DNA of 53,531 nucleotides, taken from positions 1 to 53,531 of IMG/VR virus record IMGVR_UViG_3300020045_008912; one strand, written 5' to 3'. How positions within the stretch are numbered: the stretch's first letter is position 1; every line of letters begins with the position of its first letter. Source of the stretch: a virus (lineage: Duplodnaviria > Caudoviricetes). The notes beneath the pieces were generated by a model, which made no database searches, was not told the origin of the DNA, and saw only the letters and a list, made by a program, of their open reading frames with translations. Positions 9,152 to 16,751 of the stretch are shown one piece after another. The translations under genes were made by a program, and so were the position numbers.

Positions 9152-10798
9152 ATGCCTACCCAATTACAATATGATGCGCTACATGCCCGAAATAGTGCCA
9201 AATATGGCAAACAAGTACGAAAAGCGTATTTGGATGCCATATCCGCGGTTAGTAAAATAGCTGTACCGCTCAGTTTAAACGATAATAAGGAGTTTTATTT
9301 CCAGACTAACCCTGATGCCAACCGAAAAGTGAATGCCATCCTTAAAACGCTTTATAATGAGGTGTATGGTACTACAGTATCAGGGATTAACACTGAGTGG
9401 GATTTGGCGGTGGAGAAAAATAATGATTTAGCCCAGAATATATACGGAAAAGACTTAAAAAACCTGCCAGCACAATACCGCACAAAATACCTTTCCAACA
9501 ATGCCGCAGCCCGTCAAAATTTTGTAATGAGAAAGGACAATGGATTAGGATTAAGTGACAAAGTTTGGAACAATACTAAGCAGTTTAAACAGGAATTGGA
9601 ATTAGCACTGGAAGCAGGGATTGGACAGGGTAAAAGTGCGGATTTCATAGCTCGTAACATTACACAGTATTTAAATGACCCGGATAAGCTTTTCCGCAGG
9701 GTAAGGAACAAAGAAAATGGTGTATTAAGACTAAGCAAAGCAGCCGCAGCGTACCACCCTGGGCAAGGGCGGTATAGAAGTTCCTACAAAAATGCGTTTA
9801 GGCTAACTCGAAACGAGACAAATTTTAGTTATGAGGGTAGCCAATTCGAGAAACGAAAGCAGCAGGATTTTATAGTAGGAATAGAAATAAAAGTTTCACC
9901 TTCTCATGTTGAATCCGACGACAAAGGTGGGATTTCGTGTACGGCATTACAAGGGCGGTACCCAAAAACGTTTGATTTTACGAGTAAATGGCATGTAAAT
10001 TGCAAATGTATGAGCCTGCATATACTGAAAACAAAAGCAGAATTGGAGGCAGATACGGAAAAGATATTGGCTGGAGAAAAGCCAAATACTCCTAGTGAGA
10101 ATGCGGTAAAAGGCACTCCACAGAATTACAACACGTATTTAAAGGACAATAAGAACAAATGGGAGAATTGGAAAAACCCTCCTAGAACATTTGAAGCAAA
10201 CACAGACATTCCAGCAGATAAAACAGTCAGTGTAAAACCTAAAAAGGCTGAAATTGATTTCAATACTTACAAAGATTTTGCCGATCCTAACTTATACAAT
10301 ATTACAAGCGCAAAAGAATGGTACTTAAAGGATTGGTATAAACAGGGGGACGCATACTTGGAACAAAATAAGGATGTAAAAGATTCTTTGGAGTTTTATG
10401 TAGGTAATGGCTACAAATCTATAAGGAAATATGTGATGGGTAAAGATTATGGAGGGGATCGAATTTTAGAAAAGCAAGTAAACGACATTAGCACCTTTAT
10501 AAATGAGAATAAAATTAAGGATGACCTTAAGTTGTATAGGCATACAGCAAGTGAAACGGTAATAAATGCAGTGAAGGATTTAAAACCCGGTGATTTGTAT
10601 ATGGAGGTTTCATTCTCTTCCAGTGCAACACGTCCTCAACCTACATTTGGGTATTATCAAATTGTTATCTATGCAAAGAAAGGCGCTAAAGTAGCAAACC
10701 TCCATAATTCCTCAGAATTGGAATACTTACTACAAAAAGGCTCTAAATTTAAGGTAATAAAGCAAGGGTATAACCAAACGTTTCTACAGTTACTCTAA
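9152..10798 (+). CDS. MuF/gp7-like minor head protein fused to a C-terminal ADP-ribosyltransferase domain
   Basis: N-terminal MuF features (LSDKVW, RLTRNETN, C..LQGRYPK, WHVNCKC). C-terminal R-S-E ART motifs: YVGNGYKSIR, LYRH, SFSSSA, SELEYLLQKGSKFKV. Confidence 0.85.
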   Translation: MPTQLQYDALHARNSAKYGKQVRKAYLDAISAVSKIAVPLSLNDNKEFYFQTNPDANRKVNAILKTLYNEVYGTTVSGINTEWDLAVEKNNDLAQNIYGKDLKNLPAQYRTKYLSNNAAARQNFVMRKDNGLGLSDKVWNNTKQFKQELELALEAGIGQGKSADFIARNITQYLNDPDKLFRRVRNKENGVLRLSKAAAAYHPGQGRYRSSYKNAFRLTRNETNFSYEGSQFEKRKQQDFIVGIEIKVSPSHVESDDKGGISCTALQGRYPKTFDFTSKWHVNCKCMSLHILKTKAELEADTEKILAGEKPNTPSENAVKGTPQNYNTYLKDNKNKWENWKNPPRTFEANTDIPADKTVSVKPKKAEIDFNTYKDFADPNLYNITSAKEWYLKDWYKQGDAYLEQNKDVKDSLEFYVGNGYKSIRKYVMGKDYGGDRILEKQVNDISTFINENKIKDDLKLYRHTASETVINAVKDLKPGDLYMEVSFSSSATRPQPTFGYYQIVIYAKKGAKVANLHNSSELEYLLQKGSKFKVIKQGYNQTFLQLL

Positions 10799-10930
10799 AG
10801 GTTCTGATTCATTGTAGGAAACCATTTCCTCCTCTGTTAAATCCTCTATTGAGATAAACACAATACCATCCAAATCTTGGATTGTCAAGCGTTCACCTGC
10901 CAATTCCTTTTTAGTCTTTTCAGCCATCAT
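10790..10930 (-). CDS. 46-aa acidic protein convergent with MuF-ART; candidate immunity protein
   Basis: Hand translation MMAEKTKKELAGERLTIQDLDGIVFISIEDLTEEEMVSYNESEPLE. AAAA precedes the ATG, a TATATTTG box lies at 10952-10959, and the stop overlaps the MuF 3' end by 9 nt. Confidence 0.6.
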   Translation of the reverse strand: MMAEKTKKELAGERLTIQDLDGIVFISIEDLTEEEMVSYNESEPLE

Positions 10931-10951
10931 TTTACGTATTAAAATAAACAA

Positions 10952-10980
10952 CAAATATACACTATTTTAAAATAGTGTAT
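10952..10980 (-). promoter_or_regulatory. -7 promoter element (TATATTTG) overlapped by a perfect 24-bp palindrome
   Basis: ATACACTATTTTAAAATAGTGTAT at 10957-10980 is its own reverse complement; the TAnnTTTG box is at 10952-10959. Confidence 0.65.
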
Positions 10981-10992
10981 TAAATCGTAAAA

Positions 10993-11025
10993 AGCTCCCA
11001 GATAACAAACCTAAAACTGGGAGCT
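10993..11025. terminator. Stem-loop, probable terminator of the minus-strand 11085..11303 transcript
   Basis: AGCTCCCAG...CTGGGAGCT 9-bp stem, followed by a U-run on the minus strand. Confidence 0.55.
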
Positions 11026-11084
11026 AGTATAAACCAACCATTGTTTAAAATGAAAAGGAGGGTAGTTTGTTTTATGTAGTGCGT

Positions 11085-11303
11085 TTACATTATTAATTTG
11101 TAGTTTTCATATAGGTCAATTGTCCAAAATGAATGTAATACACGCCTCATTTTAAAAGCGCCACTTTTTTTAATAAAACTCTTTACATTAATTTTATCAT
11201 TGATAGGAAGATCACTATATGCAATTGCATTGAATGTGATTGCGTTAATTCTTGCTTTACTAATTATTTCGGAAGCTTTCATAATTTCAAATTTTAAATA
11301 CAT
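11085..11303 (-). CDS. Hypothetical protein antisense to the head module (likely start MKASE near 11282)
   Basis: ORF with a TAGATTTG box at 11306-11313 upstream and a hairpin downstream. Confidence 0.55.
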   Translation of the reverse strand: MYLKFEIMKASEIISKARINAITFNAIAYSDLPINDKINVKSFIKKSGAFKMRRVLHSFWTIDLYENYKLIM

Positions 11304-11304
11304 G

Positions 11305-11387
11305 TCAAATCTAATAAACCTTTTTGATATAAAAAACTTTTTTACAAATATTTTTTAAATTATTTTTTAATAAAGTTTAAAAAGCCT
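11305..11387. repeat. Imperfect ~80-bp promoter-block repeat, copy 2
   Basis: Near-copy of 4106-4187; contains minus-strand TAGATTTG. Confidence 0.8.
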
Positions 11388-11475
11388 GCCTAATAAAATA
11401 TGTATTAATAAGTTACGGGCATTGGTTTTTCTTTTTATATTTACAAAAAATTAACAATTATTAAAATTTATAGTC

Positions 11476-12135
11476 ATGTACGAAAAAATCCTACAAAAAT
11501 TAAAAGCTCAGAGGGAAAAAACCTCAACGGTAAGCGACAGGTCACTGGAAGACTTGGCGAAAGCATTGGTTCCCGTTATTACAACGGAGGAAGCTTTAGC
11601 CTTAATTGATTTAGCGCCCGCCATTAAGTCAATAGATGGTAATATAAACCATTACACCAAAACACAACTTGAAAAAATCAAGGCGGATGAGAAAGCCGCG
11701 CAAGAGGCTGAGGCAAAGAAAGCAAAGGAGAAAGCAGAAGGAGACAAAACAGGTGAAACAACACCCGATTTGGCAAAATTAATTGCGGACGCTCTGGCAC
11801 CTTTAGCCACTGAGATTGCAAGCTTAAAGAAGGAGAAAGTTGTAGGAAGTAGATTGGAAAAACTGCAGGAGTCTTTAAAAGGATTGCCAGAGTTTTACAC
11901 TAAGCCTTTAATGGCAGGATTTAATAAGGTGAATTTTGAATCCGATGCCGACTTTGACACTTATTTACAAGAGGTTGCAACACAAGGAGCCGCATTCACA
12001 CAGGCAGCAAAGGAACATGGGTTACCAACTTATGTACCAGGCGGTGATATTAAGCGCCCTGTTGAGAATGGAGAAACAGAATCCCTAGCCTCAGCCCGAG
12101 AGATTCTGAAAAAAGCAAATGAAGTAAAAAAGTAA
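11476..12135 (+). CDS. Capsid scaffolding protein
   Basis: Helical, E/K/A-rich, located just before the decoration and major capsid genes. Confidence 0.7.
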   Translation: MYEKILQKLKAQREKTSTVSDRSLEDLAKALVPVITTEEALALIDLAPAIKSIDGNINHYTKTQLEKIKADEKAAQEAEAKKAKEKAEGDKTGETTPDLAKLIADALAPLATEIASLKKEKVVGSRLEKLQESLKGLPEFYTKPLMAGFNKVNFESDADFDTYLQEVATQGAAFTQAAKEHGLPTYVPGGDIKRPVENGETESLASAREILKKANEVKK

Positions 12136-12153
12136 AAATTTAAATTGTAAACA

Positions 12154-12729
12154 ATGATTCAAATTACCTCTACCAGTGAGAAACTGGCAAAAAAGAATAT
12201 CATTAATAGGATTAGTGATGTTCCGGGCGGGGTTTCTGTTGTACTCTCCACACTTGTTGTTGGAAATGTAGTGGCAGAAGGTACGCCTTTATCCGCACCC
12301 ACAAACGGGAAGCGGACAGTGTGTAAACAGGCGAAAGTATTGGCTGGTCCTAGTACTACTGAGATCCCAGTGGAAGCGGGAACCCATCATTTCAAAGTGG
12401 GTGATTTCGTGGGAAGTATTGTAGGTGGAAAAGCTTATGCAATCACTGAAATTCCAACCGCAAACGGGATTGATACAATCACCGTAGGGACTGCAATTGA
12501 TTTGCCCGTGGAAGGTGCCTTCATTTATGAAATGGCAGCCGAAGCCGCAGCGGATACAAGTGCTTTGAAAAATACACCTGATGCAATTTTGAAGGAAGCT
12601 TTTGAAGTGCCTTCTGCCGCTCAGGTTATTTATGTGGTTGACGCTTTTTTAAGAGCCGATGTGGTGCAAAGCTGCATTGGTAGTGTGTACCTTGCCCTTT
12701 TAAAAGGCATTTTGGAAGTAAAATACTAG
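12154..12729 (+). CDS. Head decoration/cement protein
   Basis: Beta-rich 191 aa (DVPGGVSV...EGTPL) between scaffold and major capsid genes. Confidence 0.65.
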   Translation: MIQITSTSEKLAKKNIINRISDVPGGVSVVLSTLVVGNVVAEGTPLSAPTNGKRTVCKQAKVLAGPSTTEIPVEAGTHHFKVGDFVGSIVGGKAYAITEIPTANGIDTITVGTAIDLPVEGAFIYEMAAEAAADTSALKNTPDAILKEAFEVPSAAQVIYVVDAFLRADVVQSCIGSVYLALLKGILEVKY

Positions 12730-12751
12730 TAATTAATAAACTTTAGAAATA

Positions 12752-13843
12752 ATGGGAAAAAATAAAATTATCTTAGGTTCATTGATTACCATGCAGGATA
12801 TTTCAGGGTATTACAATGATAATCCACTTATGCCGTCGAAAGCACAGGCAGCCTTTCCTTTAGTTAAATCAGAGGAAACAACGTGGAAAACAATTTCAAA
12901 CAATGGTCTATTGCAGAATGAAGCTGCTGACCCAATTTCTACTAAATCATCCGTTCCTGTTGCAGGCCGTCAAGGTTTCAAATCAGTGATCGGTGAAATG
13001 GCAGAATTTGGTAAGGCTAGGGAAATGACTGCCGACGACATTGAAAAATTTGAAAAGCTGAAAAGGGACTTTGCACAATTGAAAAATCCAGCAGTGGCCC
13101 AACAGTTAATTGATTTTTATGGAAATGATTTGGCATTTATCAGAAATGCAATGTTGGCGGAAATGTCGTATTTATCATGGGCTTTGGTTTCCAATGCTTG
13201 TAACATCGGTTTTGTAGCCGCTAACTCTCCATACATGCAGGGAATAACTGCAATGGATTATGGTTTGAGTGCTTGGCAAAAAAATGCAGTTGCAACAAGT
13301 TGGGCGAATCCTGCTGCCGAGATTCTTGGGGATATTGAATCCGCAATTACTTTGGGAGAAACCTACGGCAAAAAATACTATGTGATTACCATTAATAAAA
13401 AATGGTTTAATTATGTACGTATGAACACTCAAATCCAAAAATACTGTGCTACTTTAGTACAAAACCTTTACTCAACACAGGCACCTCCTACCTTAGTTGC
13501 AATTAATGCAATGTTAGATTCGTATTTTAACGGAGCTGTGGTTTTTGAGGTAGTGGATGAAGTGACAACCCGGGCAACTAGGGACGATGTGAAAACAACT
13601 AGTAATCCATTTTCGGATGGTGTTGCTGTATTCTCACAGGTGAAACAGTTAGGCCACTTTGAGTGGAACGCTCTTCCAACAATCGACCCTTCCAGAGAAA
13701 CATTTGAGAGTTTTTTCCTTGTAGGAAATTACATTCAAATTGATCCTACCTATAGTAAGATATATGGCAAGGGTAGAGGCTTCCCTGTTGTAGATACTTA
13801 TGGAGATAACTTTTATTTGAAGGTAAACGCTGTAGCCTGGTAG
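12752..13843 (+). CDS. Major capsid protein (HK97 fold, lambda E-like)
   Basis: 363 aa; position in module and pattern (G...EM...DI, MDYG, W.NP.A.ILGDI) resemble major capsid protein E. Confidence 0.85.
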   Translation: MGKNKIILGSLITMQDISGYYNDNPLMPSKAQAAFPLVKSEETTWKTISNNGLLQNEAADPISTKSSVPVAGRQGFKSVIGEMAEFGKAREMTADDIEKFEKLKRDFAQLKNPAVAQQLIDFYGNDLAFIRNAMLAEMSYLSWALVSNACNIGFVAANSPYMQGITAMDYGLSAWQKNAVATSWANPAAEILGDIESAITLGETYGKKYYVITINKKWFNYVRMNTQIQKYCATLVQNLYSTQAPPTLVAINAMLDSYFNGAVVFEVVDEVTTRATRDDVKTTSNPFSDGVAVFSQVKQLGHFEWNALPTIDPSRETFESFFLVGNYIQIDPTYSKIYGKGRGFPVVDTYGDNFYLKVNAVAW

Positions 13844-13846
13844 ACC

Positions 13847-14179
13847 ATGACAATCTTAGAGGTTTTATCATCCATAAACGCCTTTCCAATCCCGACCCAC
13901 ACAATCGAAAGAACCTGTGTGGATCGGGTTTTACTTAGTTCTGAGCTTTACACTAAAGCAATAGGAGAAAGTCAGGCATTTGAGTTAGCCACTGCCGATT
14001 TATATTTATACCTTTCTAGGCAACCAAGTATAACAGAGCAGGAGGTAGGAATAAATCAGGCCTTACAGATGAAAAAAGACTTTTTGGACGCGGCAAACGC
14101 AATTTACAAAAAGTATGGTGATGGAAAACTAACTGGAGCAGGAACATTTGGATTTGTAGGAGAGAATTACAATGGTTAA
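13847..14179 (+). CDS. Head-tail adaptor
   Basis: 110-aa helical protein right after the capsid gene (LATADLY...ANAIYKKYG). Confidence 0.7.
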   Translation: MTILEVLSSINAFPIPTHTIERTCVDRVLLSSELYTKAIGESQAFELATADLYLYLSRQPSITEQEVGINQALQMKKDFLDAANAIYKKYGDGKLTGAGTFGFVGENYNG

Positions 14180-14501
14180 AACAGGTTATATAGCGTTTGT
14201 AGTGGAATCCGCATCCACTCAGGATGTAGATGGCAATCCAATTGCAGCTAGTAAAACATATAGCCAATATTTTCCTTGTAATCTCAATACAGTGACTAAG
14301 GAATACAGGACTTTTGTAGATGGGCAGGCAAAACAAGCTGCTTACTCTATTTATGTAGATTCTCCTTTAGTTGTTGAGATCAATATCCAAAGTATTACGG
14401 AGGTTTCTTTAAAAGACAACATGGGAAATGTATTGGGCTTATTTCAGATTCAAAATGTAGAATACTTACTACTTTCCAAGCGGGTTAAAATAGTTGTGTG
14501 A
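14172..14501 (+). CDS. Head closure/stopper protein
   Basis: 109-aa beta-rich protein with QDVDGNP motif; synteny. Confidence 0.6.
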   Translation: MVKTGYIAFVVESASTQDVDGNPIAASKTYSQYFPCNLNTVTKEYRTFVDGQAKQAAYSIYVDSPLVVEINIQSITEVSLKDNMGNVLGLFQIQNVEYLLLSKRVKIVV

Positions 14502-14941
14502 TGGCTTTACAATTTGTAAATAAAAAGGAAGTGATAAACTACCTTGCCTTAATGTCAAAGAGGATTGAGGCTGCCTTAATTTACAATTTAGAGTATATGG
14601 TAGCCGAATTAGAAAACCATGCCAAATTGAATGCAGGTTACACAGATCAAACAAGTAACTTAAAAGGATCAATAGGTGGTGTTATTTTGAAAAATGGAAA
14701 GCCTGTAAGTTATGCAGGTTTTGACACAGGAGGAGAAGTTGGAAGCCGTACGGGAATGGAGTTTTTAAATTCACTTATTTCCCAGAATACTAAAGGATAC
14801 GTTATTTTGGTAGTGGCAGGGATGGAGTACGCAACATATGTGGAAAACTACTATAATTTGAATGTCCTAAAACAAACTGAATTGAAAATGGCACGAGAAT
14901 TGCCGCAAGTATTGGAGAATTTGAAAAACAAAATTAAATGA
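14498..14941 (+). CDS. Neck protein, HK97 gp10-like
   Basis: YTDQTSNLKGSIG and VAGMEYATYVE match the DxTGNLRxSI / YAxYVE pattern. Confidence 0.8.
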   Translation: MMALQFVNKKEVINYLALMSKRIEAALIYNLEYMVAELENHAKLNAGYTDQTSNLKGSIGGVILKNGKPVSYAGFDTGGEVGSRTGMEFLNSLISQNTKGYVILVVAGMEYATYVENYYNLNVLKQTELKMARELPQVLENLKNKIK

Positions 14942-15339
14942 AAACACAAAACGAGATATTAACCGACATTTACAAAATCATTAAGGCAAGTCCTATTGAT
15001 GCACTGAATGGGGGTATTTATAAACGCACTCGCCCAACTGACAGTGTAAAAGAGGATTGTGTAATCACTTTAATTAATGGAGTTAATGGCAAGTTTTTGC
15101 AGGATGCTGCTTTATATGTAAAACTATTTTATTCGGATTTATTCGTAGGTAATACATATAATGAGGATGCAATAAAAGGACAGGCTTTGGAAACTCTATT
15201 ATTCAATTTATCCACTACTCTTTTGAAAACTCCCGGATATTCGTTTGAAGTAAGCACACGGGAAACCTACATTGAATCAGTCCCAGAAATTCACCAACAT
15301 TATGCTATATTAAAAATTAATTTTAAACTAACAATTTGA
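14938..15339 (+). CDS. Tail terminator protein
   Basis: 133 aa directly before the tail tube gene; synteny. Confidence 0.65.
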   Translation: MKTQNEILTDIYKIIKASPIDALNGGIYKRTRPTDSVKEDCVITLINGVNGKFLQDAALYVKLFYSDLFVGNTYNEDAIKGQALETLLFNLSTTLLKTPGYSFEVSTRETYIESVPEIHQHYAILKINFKLTI

Positions 15340-15343
15340 AAAG

Positions 15344-16108
15344 ATGAAAACATCAATAAAAATTAAAAAATTCTGGTATGCAGACGTTGCCGCAGATGGC
15401 GGTTTAGGGCTAAACAGAAAAGAAATACAGATTGGCCAAAGAGAGGCTTCGGTACAATTCAACGGATCCGATGCAAGTGTGAGCAATTACAAGAACGTAC
15501 TAGGTGACACGTTGGAAAGCTCTCGAATGAAGGGTGATAAAACAATGAATTTCCAATTAGCGGATTTAAGTCCCGAAGTAATCGCGGATTTCACAGGTGG
15601 GACAGCGTCTACCAGTGTAGATGCGGATAGCTATGATGCGCCATTGAATCAAAACCAGTCAATTGAGAAATCAATTATTTTCCTATCGGACAAAAACGTC
15701 CTTTACAGAATCCCTCGGGCTTCATTTGACGGTTACCCTGTAATCAATGATGATGATTTGCATTATTACCAAATGAATAGTGTGGTTTTGAAACCTACTA
15801 AGGCTAATTTGGCGGATCATGGGTATGACATTTTGAAAAATTTGGATGCCAATGACATTACAAGCTTTGTACTTCCTGAGCAAACTGGAGCCGCTGTTAT
15901 TTCTACAGTAGCCCATACCGTAGCAATTACGGTGGAAGCAGGGACCTCTCCTGCTGCTTTAGTAGCTGAAATAGGAGTAAGCATGGGTGCTTCATTAACT
16001 CCTGGCTCAGGTGTTGCAACTGATTACACAGCGCCAGTTCCTTTCACTGTTACAAGTGTAAATGGAGACGCACAAATATGGACTGTTACAGTAACCGTAG
16101 CCGTATAA
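15344..16108 (+). CDS. Major tail (tube) protein with C-terminal Ig-like domain
   Basis: Position in module; C-terminal NDITSF...TVAITV...GASLTP...DYTAPVPFTVTS.NG...WTVTV is an Ig-like beta sandwich. Confidence 0.8.
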   Translation: MKTSIKIKKFWYADVAADGGLGLNRKEIQIGQREASVQFNGSDASVSNYKNVLGDTLESSRMKGDKTMNFQLADLSPEVIADFTGGTASTSVDADSYDAPLNQNQSIEKSIIFLSDKNVLYRIPRASFDGYPVINDDDLHYYQMNSVVLKPTKANLADHGYDILKNLDANDITSFVLPEQTGAAVISTVAHTVAITVEAGTSPAALVAEIGVSMGASLTPGSGVATDYTAPVPFTVTSVNGDAQIWTVTVTVAV

Positions 16109-16112
16109 TCAC

Positions 16113-16547
16113 ATGAAACTGGAAATTGCTGACATAGCAACAAACGAGCGTAAAAAGCTGCAAGGATTTAAGGTATTAGGGGTTTTCCCCTTTTACCTTA
16201 AATATATTACTACGGGAACACATGTGAAGCTTTGTAAAGTAAAGGAACAGCTCACAGAGTTTGCCACTGAGGATATAAAAGTAAGTGATTTTTATAACTC
16301 TGAATTACAAGGAAAAATATTACCACTTATTAATGAATATGTGGCTACGGCATTAGTCAACGGACGCCCTTTTGGATGGTTCTTTAAAAAGGTACTTGTT
16401 AGAAAGTTGAAACAGTGTGGGCATTATCATTTATTAAATTTATACGTTACAATTTACAAGCTGGATGAACCTGCTTTTTTTTTAGGCTATTGGAAATTGA
16501 TAACAAAGGTGGACAACACGCTATTAAAGGCGGAAAAACATTCTTAG
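16113..16547 (+). CDS. Tail assembly chaperone (gpG-like)
   Basis: Between tube and tape measure genes; contains a T TTT TTA slippery site. Confidence 0.75.
   Translation: MKLEIADIATNERKKLQGFKVLGVFPFYLKYITTGTHVKLCKVKEQLTEFATEDIKVSDFYNSELQGKILPLINEYVATALVNGRPFGWFFKKVLVRKLKQCGHYHLLNLYVTIYKLDEPAFFLGYWKLITKVDNTLLKAEKHS
16475..16484 (+). other. Programmed -1 frameshift site (T TTT TTA)
   Basis: Nine T then A, read GCT TTT TTT TTA in frame 0. The -1 frame reads FRLLEIDNKGG... and stays open to 16738. Confidence 0.8.
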
Positions 16548-16738
16548 GTAGGCTATTTGCTTACCAGGAGAAAACAGGGATGGGCATAAAAGAGATAATG
16601 AAACTTCCATATATACTATTTGTAATAGGAATGTTGGATGCTCCATCAATAGACTACGAAAGTAAAAAAACAAAGGAATATAATACTCCAAATACGGCAG
16701 AGGAGGAAATCAATGCTGTAACAAATGCCTTACTTTAA
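16481..16738 (+). CDS. Tail assembly chaperone frameshift extension (gpT-like)
   Basis: Open -1 frame with no ATG at its 5' end; ends just before the tape measure gene. Confidence 0.7.
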   Translation, partial: FRLLEIDNKGGQHAIKGGKTFLGRLFAYQEKTGMGIKEIMKLPYILFVIGMLDAPSIDYESKKTKEYNTPNTAEEEINAVTNALL

Positions 16739-16751
16739 AAATTAAAATAAA

